Notes: generated from the letters alone by a model not told the origin. A DNA stretch of 63,290 nucleotides, filler included, from Caldilineae bacterium (GCA_037446815.1; 6 parts of 6 records of this genome joined end to end with filler, not necessarily neighbours in it), one strand, 5' to 3'. Numbered from the whole stretch's first letter, positions 19,324-29,587 are shown. Program-made: numbers and translations.

Positions 19324-20024
19324 GCTTCCCCTCGGAGGCGATATCCGACGCCGTACACCGTCTCAATGTAGGTTGGCTTCTGCGGGTCGGGTTCAATCTT
19401 GCGGCGCAGGTTCTTGATGTGGCTGTCCACGGTGCGCTCCATCCCCTCGTACTCGTAACCCAGGGCGCTGTCAATCAACTCGCTGCGGGTGAAGACGTGG
19501 GACGGGCGCTCCATCAGCGCGCGGAGGAATTCAAACTCGGTGGCGGTCAGTTCCACGCGCCTGTCTCCGACGGTTACCTCGCGGCGGTCCAGGTCCATCG
19601 TCAGGTCGCGGCAGCGCAGAACACGCGGCGCAGCCGGCCCCACCGTGGCCCGCCGCAGAACCGCGCGGACATGGGCCACCACGACCTGCGGGTTGAAGGG
19701 CTTGGTCAGGTAGTCGTCCGCGCCCAGGTTCAGCCCGACGATCTTGTCCGTGTCTTCCACCCGCGCGGTGAGCATGACGATGGGGATGTCCGCCAGGGTT
19801 GGGTCGCCGCGCACGATGCGGGTGATTTCCCAGCCGTCGCGGTCGGGCAGCATCAGGTCCAGCAGGACCAGGTCGGGGCGCTCGCGGCGGATGGCATAGA
19901 GCGCGCTTTCGCCGTCGTAGGCGACCAGCACCTGAAACCCGGCCTGCTCAAGGTAGGTTCGCAGCAGGCGGGCGATTCCCTTGTCGTCATCCACGACCAA
20001 AATGCGCTGCGCTTGTGTGCTCAC
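19320..20024 (-). CDS. OmpR-family response regulator
   Basis: VVDDD, LLDLMLP, GADDYLTKPF and ETVYGVGYR motifs. Confidence 0.96.
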   Translation of the reverse strand: MSTQAQRILVVDDDKGIARLLRTYLEQAGFQVLVAYDGESALYAIRRERPDLVLLDLMLPDRDGWEITRIVRGDPTLADIPIVMLTARVEDTDKIVGLNLGADDYLTKPFNPQVVVAHVRAVLRRATVGPAAPRVLRCRDLTMDLDRREVTVGDRRVELTATEFEFLRALMERPSHVFTRSELIDSALGYEYEGMERTVDSHIKNLRRKIEPDPQKPTYIETVYGVGYRLRGEA

Positions 20025-20070
20025 GGTGCCGCCACCTCAACCCCCGTCACGCTCTGTGCTGCCTAGGGCT

Positions 20071-20157
20071 CACCGCCGAGGCGCGGGGTTCGCAGAGGAA
20101 TCTCAAAGATTCCCCCGGATTCTGCTCCCCCCAAGCGTCCTCTGTGTCTCCCCGGTG
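20071..20157. repeat. CACCGCNGAG-type imperfect inverted repeat
   Basis: CACCGCCGAGGCGCGGGGTTCGCAGAG...CTCTGTGTCTCCCCGGTG; related copies at 33966-34045 and 43708-43772. Confidence 0.7.
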
Positions 20158-20196
20158 AATCCTATTATGATGCCAAATGCGTGGTGCCGCAAGACG

Positions 20197-20230
20197 AAAA
20201 GAGAAGGGCGAACGCCCTCGTCCGCCCTTC
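20197..20230 (-). terminator. intrinsic terminator after the secreted-protein gene
   Basis: GAAGGGCG/CGCCCTTC stem followed by a T-rich tail on the minus strand. Confidence 0.6.
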
Positions 20231-20251
20231 CCCTTTGCTGCGGGTTGCTCA

Positions 20252-20803
20252 CTATAGGGTTGTTGAGAAACTGCTCGTGGATGGCGTGGGTGTGGCTTGA
20301 GGCGTTGTGCCCTTGGGCCAGCCGAACCCGCGGAAGCCGCCGAAGCGGCCGCCCCGCATGTGGCCGAACCCGAAGCCCCGACCCATGGGCATGTACCCCT
20401 TCTCAATGCCCTGGAGGAGCCAGTCGGCCTGCTCCTGGGTGATCTTGCCGTCCTTCACCATCTGCTCAATCTGGGCCTTCATCGCCTCGGTGGGGTTCAG
20501 CATCCACTGCGCCTGCTCCTCGGTGATCTTGCCGTCCTTGACCATCTGCTCAATGACTTCCTTGCGGGCGGCTTCCATGGCCGAGTCCAGGTCGCTTCGC
20601 TGGATACCCAACTTGCTGGCGAGGGTGTCCAGGAACTGGCTGCCGTAGTCACCGAGTTTGCCGAAGCCCCAGCCGAAGCATCCGAAGAAACTCTTGGTGC
20701 CCGGAGTCGGGGTCGGATCCTGAGCGTAGGCCACGCCGAGGGCCGCCACCCCGATAGCCATCACGAGCGCGGCAATTCCGACAATCTTCCAAATCTTTCG
20801 CAT
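20252..20803 (-). CDS. secreted hypothetical protein with two EQMVKDGKITxEQAxW repeats
   Basis: Signal peptide (AYA-Q), tandem internal repeat and Gly-rich tail; GGAGG RBS. Confidence 0.8.
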   Translation of the reverse strand: MRKIWKIVGIAALVMAIGVAALGVAYAQDPTPTPGTKSFFGCFGWGFGKLGDYGSQFLDTLASKLGIQRSDLDSAMEAARKEVIEQMVKDGKITEEQAQWMLNPTEAMKAQIEQMVKDGKITQEQADWLLQGIEKGYMPMGRGFGFGHMRGGRFGGFRGFGWPKGTTPQATPTPSTSSFSTTL

Positions 20804-20899
20804 ACGCTACCTCCATGTACTGGACTGAGATCCTTCAGTTGGTGTCACCTTGTGCGGTTGGTGTGGTTGTCGGGCCTCACCTCCTTATACTCCGCCTAT

Positions 20900-20934
20900 A
20901 TTCTAGCACGCGATTATGGAGAACTTGTGGAGAA
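20900..20934 (-). promoter_or_regulatory. extended -10 promoter with an OmpR-type direct repeat
   Basis: Minus strand TTCTCCACAA-G-TTCTCCATAA (11-bp period) upstream of TGC-TAGAAT. Confidence 0.55.
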
Positions 20935-21163
20935 GCCGTGATTCTTTGTAAATTCTGGCCCGACATCACGGCTTCTCCACCGCCGCCTGCACACCACCTC
21001 CTTCCTCGGTTCAGGGGAGCGGAAGTCGTGCCGTTCGCTACTCTGCCCCCAGTGTAGCACCTGAATCTGCAGAGGTTGCGCAGGAGTTGTGGAGAATCTG
21101 CAAAATGCGGCGAGCGCTGTCTCACCCCCTGCCCATCCGCACGGGTTCGCGGTTACTGCCTTG

Positions 21164-21253
21164 TCATTCCGAGCGGCGAAGCCGCGAGGAATCTCGGCCC
21201 CTCACCCCAGCCCTCTCCCGCTGACGCGGGCGAGGGGGCACTTGTGTCATTCC
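21164..21253. repeat. palindromic repeat cluster at a contig end
   Basis: GTCATTCCGAGCGGCGAAGCCGCGAGGAATCTC followed by a CCCTCACCCCAGCCCTCTCCC...GAGGG hairpin. Confidence 0.8.
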
Positions 21254-21369
21254 NNNNNNNNNNNNNNNNNNNNNNNNNNNNNNNNNNNNNNNNNNNNTTA
21301 ATTAATTAANNNNNNNNNNNNNNNNNNNNNNNNNNNNNNNNNNNNNNNNNNNNAGCCGCGAGGAATCTC

Positions 21370-21396
21370 GTAGAGCAAATTGCCAATTGGCTCTAC
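21370..21396. repeat. 27-bp REP-like hairpin
   Basis: GTAGAGCAAATTGCCAATTGGCTCTAC; relatives at 40319-40345 and 53007-53033. Confidence 0.8.
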
Positions 21397-21412
21397 TCTG
21401 CCCCATCCGGCC

Positions 21413-22798
21413 CTATTTGAGTTGCCGCAGGAGGTCGCGGGCCAGCGCGGCGAAACGGCCGTCGGGCTGCACGTCCAGCACCCGCGTCAGGTGGTGCGTG
21501 GCCCGGGCGCGGTCGCCGAGGGCGTAGTACAGGCTCCCGGCGTGGTAGTGCGCCGAGGGGCTGCGGTCGTCCAGCCGCAGGGCCGTCTCCAGCGCGGCGC
21601 GAGCGCCCGCGAGGTCGTTGGAGAGGAACAGCGCCCACCCTAGCGTGTCATGGGCGGCGGCGTCATCGGGCAGGAGCGCCACGGCTTTGCGCGCGGCTGC
21701 CACGCCCTTGTCCGCGACGCCGGTCAGGTGCTCCACGTAGAATCGCGCCAGCGCCAGCCAGAACCGGCCCTCCTGGGGCGAGAGTTCCGTCGCGCGGCGA
21801 TACCACGCCTCGGCCTCGGCGAAGCGGTTCTCGGCGGCGTAGGCGTCGGCCAGCGCCACGCACGCAGCGGCGTTTCCGGGGTCAAGGCGGAGGAGCGCGA
21901 CATAGTGGGCGCGGGCCGCTGCGAAGCGCCCGGCGCTGCGCTCCACCTCGCCCAGGAAGTACCACGCCAGCGGGTATGTGGGCCACTGCCTCGCGGCATC
22001 CCGCAGCAGACCCAGGGCTCCGGCGTCGTCGCCTGTCAGATGCAGGCAGTAGGCGTAGTAGGTCTGCGCCACCGGCGAATCCGGCGCCAGTTCCCGCGCC
22101 CGCCCGAAGGAGGCGCGCGCGGCGTGATGCTCGCCCATGGAGAGCAACGCAACGCCGACGCGCAGGTAGAACTCGGCCGATGCGGGGCTGTCGGCCGCGC
22201 TGACGGCGGCTACCAGCGGCCTTGCTGAGTCCAGCCCCCGCAGGATCGCCATCGCCTCGTCGGGCGCGCCATCCAGCAGGAGCAGGATACCCGCGCGCAA
22301 GCGGGCCTGCGCGTCCTTCGGCGCAAGGCGCAGGTAGCGGCTCACGGCGGGGCGGGCCTGCCCGAATTCGCCGCGCTGCCACAGGTGTTCCACATAGTCG
22401 CCCAGGACCTGCGTGTCATTCCACCCGGCGCGGAGGGCCTCATCCCACAGGCGCGCGGCGATGTAGGTGTCGTCCTGTGCCTGCGCCAGCCCGGCCAGCG
22501 CCCGCGCCCGTGTCCAGGGGGCGGCGGTTGCCCCGTCCAGCGCCTCGCGGGCGCCATCCCAATCGCGAAGGGCGGCCCGCGCGGTGCCGAGTCGGAGGAG
22601 GAGCGTCGCGCGCGCCGGAAGGGTAGCGGCGGCTTCGGCGTAGGCTTGCTCCGCCAGGGTGTACTCGCCCAGGCGAGCATGCGCATCGCCCGCCTGCACG
22701 CGCGCCACGGGGCCCGCGAACGGATCGCCCAGGGCGCACGTCAGCGCCACGAGCGCGGCTGCAAGGAGGATCGCCCGCCAGGTCGCGCCTCTTGCCAT
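21413..22798 (-). CDS. tetratricopeptide repeat protein, N-terminal signal/TM
   Basis: Repeated A...LG/A..Y..A..L.P helical motifs. ATG at 22798 follows GGAGG. Confidence 0.85.
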   Translation of the reverse strand: MARGATWRAILLAAALVALTCALGDPFAGPVARVQAGDAHARLGEYTLAEQAYAEAAATLPARATLLLRLGTARAALRDWDGAREALDGATAAPWTRARALAGLAQAQDDTYIAARLWDEALRAGWNDTQVLGDYVEHLWQRGEFGQARPAVSRYLRLAPKDAQARLRAGILLLLDGAPDEAMAILRGLDSARPLVAAVSAADSPASAEFYLRVGVALLSMGEHHAARASFGRARELAPDSPVAQTYYAYCLHLTGDDAGALGLLRDAARQWPTYPLAWYFLGEVERSAGRFAAARAHYVALLRLDPGNAAACVALADAYAAENRFAEAEAWYRRATELSPQEGRFWLALARFYVEHLTGVADKGVAAARKAVALLPDDAAAHDTLGWALFLSNDLAGARAALETALRLDDRSPSAHYHAGSLYYALGDRARATHHLTRVLDVQPDGRFAALARDLLRQLK

Positions 22799-22811
22799 CG
22801 TGAGCGCCTCC

Positions 22812-24017
22812 TCAGCGGGCGGCGCGAACGCCTGCCACGGACAGCAGGGCGTCTTCCAGCGCAGGCCCGAGCGCATCGGCGGAGAACTCGGCCTGGGCGC
22901 GCAGGCGCAGCGCCTCGCCGAGGGCATGCGCCTCGTCGGATGCCGCCAACTCCGCCAGGCGCATGGCCAGCGCGGCCGAGTCGCCGATAGGGGCATAGCG
23001 CCCCAGGTCGGCCAGGTACTCGCGGCTCACGGGCGAGTCAAAGGCCACCGTCGGCAGGCCCATCGCCATGTAGTTCAGCAGTTTGCCGTGCCCCTCCGAG
23101 TCGGAGACCTTCGGCGCCACGGCGATGTCTCCGATGGACAGGTAGCGCGGCGCGTCCTCATACGACACCTTTCCGGTGAACGTAACGCGGCCCGCCAGGC
23201 CCATCTCCTCGGCGAGTTTGCGATAGGCATCGGCCCGCGGGTAGCCCATCACGAGGAAGTGCGCCGGCGGGGCGTCCTGGGGCCACGCGGCTGCCGCTTG
23301 GAGCAGGTGCGCAATGCCCTGGTGCCTGCCCAACAGGCCGAGATAGACGATGACCTTGCGGTCGGGCGGGATGCCCAGCGCGGCCCTCAAATCGCGCCGC
23401 GCGTCATCCCGAATCCGATGGGGGCCAAAGAACGCCGTGTCCACGCGGTCGGGGAAGGCGAGGACGCGTGGGCAGTCGCCCTCCTGTCGCAGCGTGGCGG
23501 TGGCGTGCTGGGAACTGCACAGGATGGCATCGGAGCGGCGGTGAACCCAGCGCTCCAGTCGCCGCACCAGGCGGTAGGCGGCATTGCCCCGCTTGAGCCA
23601 GCCATGCCCGACGAGTTCGCCGGCCAGGCTGCCCTGGTAGTCAAAGACCAGGGGGACGCGCAGGCGATTGGCGGCAAAACGCCCGATGAGCGCGCCTTCG
23701 TGCAGGTAGCCGAGCACGATGTCGGCAGGCCAGCGCCGCGCCCACGCCAGGGTGTGCCCAAGCAGCGAAGCGTCCAGGAGGAGTTTCGTCGGGGTGGGGC
23801 CGATTTGCAGCCCCTTGGTTCCGGGCAAGCCGCGCGCGCGGGAGATGTGGATGCCCGGCACGTCTCGGCCCGTCGGGTAGGTCAGCAGCCGAATGTCGTG
23901 CCCGCGTTCCTGCAAGGCGCGCACCTGCTGGAGGATGCGCACGTGGCAGCCGTAGTCGGCGAAGAAGGACGTGGGGGCCACCGCCAGGATGCGCAGGGGA
24001 CGTGAATTGCCTAGCAT
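22812..24017 (-). CDS. glycosyltransferase family 4
   Basis: GT-B pattern: VYLG.L...QG, FTGKV, KLLNYMAMGLPTVAFD. Confidence 0.9.
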   Translation of the reverse strand: MLGNSRPLRILAVAPTSFFADYGCHVRILQQVRALQERGHDIRLLTYPTGRDVPGIHISRARGLPGTKGLQIGPTPTKLLLDASLLGHTLAWARRWPADIVLGYLHEGALIGRFAANRLRVPLVFDYQGSLAGELVGHGWLKRGNAAYRLVRRLERWVHRRSDAILCSSQHATATLRQEGDCPRVLAFPDRVDTAFFGPHRIRDDARRDLRAALGIPPDRKVIVYLGLLGRHQGIAHLLQAAAAWPQDAPPAHFLVMGYPRADAYRKLAEEMGLAGRVTFTGKVSYEDAPRYLSIGDIAVAPKVSDSEGHGKLLNYMAMGLPTVAFDSPVSREYLADLGRYAPIGDSAALAMRLAELAASDEAHALGEALRLRAQAEFSADALGPALEDALLSVAGVRAAR

Positions 24018-24111
24018 GTTTCGCTACTCTCCCACGGCGCAACGCCCTGCCGGCGTGGGGTGCGAGGCGGTTATGATGTGCGGTTGCGGCGCGAGTTGCA
24101 GCCAGCTCAAT

Positions 24112-24822
24112 TCACGCGCGCCCCTCTTTGCCTTCTCTCCAAAGCCGAAGCCGGAATCGGAACAGTTCCCGAAAGGCGCGGCTGATAACGCTCCATTTCG
24201 CCCCGGTCGGGCTGCCCGCCAGCCGCGGCAAATGGCTCACGGGGACCTCGGCGATGCGGTAGCCCGCGCGCTTGGCCCGCACCAGGAACTCTATGCTGAA
24301 CGTCGCGCCGCGGGAGTCCACGCGGATGTGATTCAGAATGTCGCGGCGGAACAACTTGAACGCGCAGTCTATGTCGCGCGCGGTGTACCCGAACAGGATG
24401 GTGCACAGCGCAAACCACCCGAACGCGAACACTTTGCGCAGGAAGGGGTCGGCCCGAGGCGCGCGGTAGCCCGCGATGATGTCGGCCTTCTCGGTCAGCG
24501 GCAGGAGTTTGCGTATCTCTTCCACCTTGAACTGGCGGTCGGCGTCGGTGTAGAAGACCCACTCCTTGGTCGCGCTGGTGAATCCGGTGTGCACCGCCGC
24601 GCCGAACCCCTGATTCACCGGATGGCGAACCAGGCGCACCCTCGGATACTGCGCCTGGAGTTCCATCACCCGCTCCGCGGTCTTGTCCTTGCTCCCGTCG
24701 TCCACGATGATGATCTCGTAGTCGTCGGTGATGGATGCGAGGACGGGGTCAAGGGCCTGCACCATGGGGCCGACGTTTTCCTCTTCGTTGTAGGCCGGCA
24801 TCGCCGCCGAGATACTGATCAC
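24112..24822 (-). CDS. glycosyltransferase family 2 (DPM1-like)
   Basis: PAYNEE, IVDDGSKD, NQGFGAA and DAD motifs. Confidence 0.92.
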   Translation of the reverse strand: MISISAAMPAYNEEENVGPMVQALDPVLASITDDYEIIIVDDGSKDKTAERVMELQAQYPRVRLVRHPVNQGFGAAVHTGFTSATKEWVFYTDADRQFKVEEIRKLLPLTEKADIIAGYRAPRADPFLRKVFAFGWFALCTILFGYTARDIDCAFKLFRRDILNHIRVDSRGATFSIEFLVRAKRAGYRIAEVPVSHLPRLAGSPTGAKWSVISRAFRELFRFRLRLWREGKEGRA

Positions 24823-25085
24823 GTTGGCACCTCCTCCTGTGCGGCGTGCGTCGCCGCAAGTCGTCGTTTCTGCGCGCGCGACATGCGCTTCAGCGCGGCC
24901 TCGCGCCTGAGGGCCGCCGGCACATCGGGCACGCGCTCCCAATACACCAGGCGCACGGGCCGTCGGCCACGGGTGTACCGCGCGCCGGTCCCCGCGTTGT
25001 GGGCCGCCACCCGCGCCTGGAGGTCCGCCGTCCAGCCGGTGTAGTACGTCCCGTCCGCGCACTCTACCATGTACACGTAGGCCAT
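24819..25085 (-). CDS. GIY-YIG nuclease (YazA/UPF0213 type)
   Basis: YVYMVECADGTYYTGWT...R...HNAG.GARYTRGRRPV...ALRREAALK. Confidence 0.92.
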   Translation of the reverse strand: MAYVYMVECADGTYYTGWTADLQARVAAHNAGTGARYTRGRRPVRLVYWERVPDVPAALRREAALKRMSRAQKRRLAATHAAQEEVPT

Positions 25086-25086
25086 A

Positions 25087-26082
25087 TCAGCGCGTCGTCG
25101 GGCCTTTCTTCCCCTCGTCCTTGCGCGACGGGGGCAGGCCGCCGCCAAGGAGCGCCTGGCGCAGGAAACTGGGGCGCGGCGGCTCCGACAGGCGCTGCTC
25201 CGAGCGGTCCCACTCCTTCTCGGCGCGCTCCTTCATCCAGGAGCGGCGCATTTCCAGCGCCCTGCGGAAGGACTCATCCAGCCCTTCCTCGTCGCCTTCT
25301 GCAATCTGTCGGCGCAATTCGCCCAGCGATCGCATGAACTCGTCAATCCAGCGCACGAGGTTGGCCGAGTTGGCGCGGCACGCGTCGCGGTACGCCGCCG
25401 AGTCGCCAGGCCCCAGGTACGCCCCCGCCTCATAGGCCGCCCCGGCCACTTTGCGCATCTCGCGCCAACTGACCGCGCCCTGGGTCGCGTGCAAGAGCGC
25501 CGCCGCGATGACCATGGGCAGGTGCTCGCCGCCCGCGATGAGACCATCGTGCTCTGCCGCGTCCAGGAAGAACGGCTGCGCTCCCACCAGCCTTGCCAGG
25601 TCCGTCACGAAATCCAGCGCCACGGGCGCGGCAGTGGGCGACGGGGTGAGACAATAGACTCCCCCGCTGAACAGGTCCGCGTCGGGTTCTAGGCCCGTCT
25701 TGCCCATGGGCAGGATGGGGTTGCCGCCCACAAAACTGACGTGCTCGGGCAGCAACTCCTTGGCCCAGGCCATGACCGGCACCTTGACATTGGCCGTGTC
25801 GGTGATGACCACGCCGCTCTTGAGGTAGGGCGCGATGGGTTTGAGCGTCTCGTGAATCGCTTGCAGGGGCAGCGCCAGGATAACGGCGTCGGCGTCCTCC
25901 ACGGCGGCGATGAGGTTCCACTCGGTCTTGTGCACGGCGCCCGCCTTCCCCGCGCCGCGCGAGATGCCAGGGTCTCGGTCGTGGCCGATGAGTTCGTACT
26001 CCGCGTTCGCCTTGCGCAGCGCCAACCCCAGCGAAGTCCCGATAACCCCCAGCCCGATAATCGCAATCTTCGGTTTCGTCAT
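25087..26082 (-). CDS. prephenate/arogenate dehydrogenase family protein
   Basis: IIGLGVIGTS Rossmann motif, D.ANVK and EHD......HLP. Confidence 0.85.
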   Translation of the reverse strand: MTKPKIAIIGLGVIGTSLGLALRKANAEYELIGHDRDPGISRGAGKAGAVHKTEWNLIAAVEDADAVILALPLQAIHETLKPIAPYLKSGVVITDTANVKVPVMAWAKELLPEHVSFVGGNPILPMGKTGLEPDADLFSGGVYCLTPSPTAAPVALDFVTDLARLVGAQPFFLDAAEHDGLIAGGEHLPMVIAAALLHATQGAVSWREMRKVAGAAYEAGAYLGPGDSAAYRDACRANSANLVRWIDEFMRSLGELRRQIAEGDEEGLDESFRRALEMRRSWMKERAEKEWDRSEQRLSEPPRPSFLRQALLGGGLPPSRKDEGKKGPTTR

Positions 26083-26112
26083 CCTATCCTCCTCCAGCAA
26101 ACACCAGGCCCA

Positions 26113-26592
26113 TCATGCCGTCTCATCGGCGAAGTGCAAGGCGATGAGCCAATCGTCCAACCGGTTGCGCGGCGGCAGCGGCAGCGGCGCGTGGTGCCGA
26201 CGAATGAGCGCCACCACATCCGGCGAACTCCCCGCGCGATGCGCCGCCTCCGCGCCGATCTCCGCGTGGCGGGCGTAACCATTGCGCGGCAGGTCGTCCG
26301 AGCGGGCGGCCCAGAGCAACACGTGCGCCACGCGCTTCCACAGGTTGGCGCCGACGAACGCTTTGCCCACGTCGTGCAGCAGCGCCGCCTGCATGAGTTC
26401 CGCGTCCCGCCAGCCCTGCCGCCGCAGGCGGTTCAGCACGTCCACGGCGTGCTCCTGGTCATAGAGCGACATCCGCTTGAACAGCGCCAACTGGCTCGGC
26501 GACAGATGCGCTTGTGCGACGGCGACGAATGTCCTCGGGTCGCGCCGGCGGAACGCGCGGAAGAACTGCTTGGCTCGGTACACAGGCCGCAC
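26113..26592 (-). CDS. HD domain protein
   Basis: H...ALLHDVGK...H...GA...HH...AD. Start approximate. Confidence 0.8.
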   Translation of the reverse strand: MRPVYRAKQFFRAFRRRDPRTFVAVAQAHLSPSQLALFKRMSLYDQEHAVDVLNRLRRQGWRDAELMQAALLHDVGKAFVGANLWKRVAHVLLWAARSDDLPRNGYARHAEIGAEAAHRAGSSPDVVALIRRHHAPLPLPPRNRLDDWLIALHFADETA

Positions 26593-26594
26593 GG

Positions 26595-27248
26595 CTACGT
26601 TCCCGTTACCAGTCTCAAGAGCAGCCACACCGGCTGATCCAAGATGGCCCCGAGGATGCTGCGGCCGGTTACCCACCCCACGGCCAGAATCATCAGCAGC
26701 ACCATGGGGCCGTAGGCTTCCACCTGTGACAGGGCTTGCGTTACCTTGCGCATGGACGGCGAACGGATGCTGCTCAGGATGCCCATGAGCACGCTGAACC
26801 CATCCAGCGGCGGCAACGGAATCAGGTTGAAGACGGTCAAGATTACGTTCACGAAGGCCCACGTGAACAAGATGAAACTCAGAGCCTCGGGCATGGCCGT
26901 GCCGAAGATTCGGTACGGCAGCATCAGGATGAACGCGGTCAGCAGGTTGGACAGGGGCCCCGCCAGCGACACCAACGCCATGCCCACCCGCGGCCCGTAC
27001 TTCAGCCGATACGGGTTCACGGGCGTGGGCTTACCCCACCCGATGCCGTAGCCGGAAATAGAACTCATGAGGATCATCATGGTGCCAATCGGGTCCAGGT
27101 GCTTGATAGGGTTGAGCGTAATCCGCCCCTGGAACCGCGCGGTGGGGTCGCCCAGTCGGTCGGCGCTCCACGCGTGGGCGCACTCGTGAACATCTATGGC
27201 CAGAATGACGCCGATGAAAACCAGCAGGAATTCGCGCAAATCCAGCAT
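26595..27248 (-). CDS. site-2 protease (M50) family
   Basis: HECAH (HExxH), LAGPLSN and FNLIPLPPLDG motifs. Confidence 0.93.
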   Translation of the reverse strand: MLDLREFLLVFIGVILAIDVHECAHAWSADRLGDPTARFQGRITLNPIKHLDPIGTMMILMSSISGYGIGWGKPTPVNPYRLKYGPRVGMALVSLAGPLSNLLTAFILMLPYRIFGTAMPEALSFILFTWAFVNVILTVFNLIPLPPLDGFSVLMGILSSIRSPSMRKVTQALSQVEAYGPMVLLMILAVGWVTGRSILGAILDQPVWLLLRLVTGT

Positions 27249-27356
27249 CCTCGCCCTTCTCCTTTCGCCGTGCATTATAACACAACTCGCTAGGTAGCGC
27301 AGAAATTGACCGCAGGGAAGAGAGCGGGTAGTATTGGGGCGGAGGCGTTGGGGAAT

Positions 27357-27563
27357 ATGGACATCCGGATGGGCGACATCGTCCGGCTGCGCAAGCCACA
27401 CCCATGTGGGGGCTACGAGTGGCGCGTGATGCGCGTGGGCGCCGACATCGGCCTGAAGTGCCAGACGTGCGGCCGCGTGGTCATGCTCCCGCGCGGAGAG
27501 TTTGAGCGCAGGCTGAAGGCCATCGTCTCGCGCTGGCCCGACAACCGACCGGACACGTTGTGA
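27357..27563 (+). CDS. DUF951 family protein
   Basis: [14 protein letters not shown]...RVGADI.LKC..CGR motif. Confidence 0.9.
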   Translation: MDIRMGDIVRLRKPHPCGGYEWRVMRVGADIGLKCQTCGRVVMLPRGEFERRLKAIVSRWPDNRPDTL

Positions 27564-27570
27564 AGCCGCG

Positions 27571-29587
27571 CTAGGCGGGTGTTCCCTGTGCGCCGCCCTG
27601 GGCCACAAGGGTGCAGAGCGCACCCTTGCACTCCTCTGCGACAAGCGCCGTCAGTTTGTCCCCGGGTTGCAGGACGGTATCGCCATGGGGAATAATCAGC
27701 CTGCGCCCGCGCCGCACCGACACGAGCACGCACTCATGGGGCAGTTGCAGATCCCGCAGCGCCTTGCCTGCCACGGCGGAATCGGAGCCAACCTCCACTT
27801 CCACGAACTCCGTGCCCGTCAATTTGCCCAGGCGCAGGCGCTCCGTGCGCTGTTGGAGTTCCATGCGGCGGATGATGGCGGTGTTGTACGCCTTGATGAT
27901 GTCGGCGCGGCGGATGAGGCCCACGAGTCGCTTCGGATTCTCCCGCGAGACGACGGGCAAGCGCCCAATGTCCCGCGTTCCCATGCGCTTCAGGGCCGCC
28001 CACAACGGCTCGTCCGGATAGGCGACGAGCAGGCTTCGCGTGGCAATTTCGCCCGCGGTCAGGTTGAGCACGTCCCCGCGGGAAGCGGCGCGTTCCAAAT
28101 CCTGTATGGTAACCACACCCGCCAGGTCGCCGTTGGCATCCAGCACCGGGAAGCCATGGTGGTGGCTTTCCCTGAACAGTCGCGCCAGGTCGGGGAGCGG
28201 CATGTCCGCCGGCACAGTGGCGAACTGCGTGGTCATCGCCTCGCCGACCTCAATCCCCTGCATCACATCAATGTCGTGGCCGCGCTCCAGGTGAATGCCC
28301 CTGCGGGTGAGTTTCAGCGTGTAGATGGAGTCGCGGCGCAGGTGCTCGGACAACAGCGTCGCCAGAACCGTCGCCAACATCAGCGGCAGGATGAGCCGAT
28401 AGTCGCGCGACATCTCAAACACGATGAGCACCGCCGTGATGGGCGCGTGCGCCGCGGCGGCGAAGACGGCGGACATCCCCACCAGTGCATACGCGCCGGA
28501 ACCGGCCGTGATGGTCGGGAACAGCGCGTTGGCGACCTTGCCGAAGGCCCCGCCGAACATGGCCCCCATGAACAGCGCCGGCGCAAATACGCCGCCCGAA
28601 TTCCCCGACCCCAGCGTGAGGGATGTGGTGAGGATCTTCCCGAAGGCCAGCACGAACATAATCTGCGCGAAGAGGCCGCCGGAAACTGCCTCCTCTATGT
28701 GGGCAAACCCCGTGCCCAGCGCCTGGGGAATCGCCAGCCCGACGAATCCGAGAGGAATCGCGCCCAGGGCTGGCTTCAGGGCGTCGGGGAAGCGCAGTCC
28801 GTCAAAGCGGTCCTCGGCCCAGTACAGTACCGTTACGAACAGCCACGCGACGCCCGCCGCCGCCAGCCCCAGCGCCGCGTACAGCAGCAGTTCCCACGGA
28901 GACACCATGGAGTAGGCAGGCACCGCGAAGGCGGGGTTATCCCCCAGCACCGTGCGGCTGACGATGCTGGCGGTTACGGAACTGATGACGACGGTGGCGA
29001 AGTAGCGCGTCGTGAACTCGCCCAGGATAACCTCCAGCGCGAAGATTACGCCAGCGATGGGGGCGTTGAACGTGGCCGCGATGCCGCCTGCCGCCCCGCA
29101 GGCTACCAGGTTGCGGATGCGCTCGTCGGACAGCCGGAACAACTGCCCGATGGTGGAGCCCAGCGCCGAGCCGATTTGCACGATGGGGCCTTCGCGGCCG
29201 GCCGACCCGCCGCTGCCGATGCACGCTGCGGAGGCCAGCGCCTTGACGATCACAACTACTGGACGGATGCGCCCGCCCCGCAGCGCGATGGCCTTCATCA
29301 CCTCGGGCACGCCGTGGCCCTTGGCTTCGCTGGCGAAATAGGTGATGAGGGGGCCCGCGATGAGCGCGCCCGCGAGCGGCACAAACGCCGGCGCGATGGG
29401 CCCCAGAAAAGCCAGTGCGCCCAGCACGGGACCGTTGAAAAGCCGCTGGAAGCCGGCGATCAACTCAATGAACAGAATCGCGCCAACTCCCGTGCCGATG
29501 CCCACGATGAGCGCGGTTGCGATGAGTACGGATGTCTCCGAAGGCTGAAGGCGATCCAGCAGACGAGCCAGGCGGCCGTTGAGCCGC
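27571..29587 (-). CDS. CLC chloride channel/antiporter with 2xCBS and TrkA-C domains (5' end in the gap)
   Basis: GHGVPE, GREGP, FNAP, GGVFAP and SIYT motifs, followed by a CBS pair and an RCK-C domain. Confidence 0.92.

Noticed and set aside
24819..25085. GIY-YIG gene as the mobiliser of the palindromic repeats
   Set aside because: It is the housekeeping YazA-like type inside an operon, with no flanking repeats.
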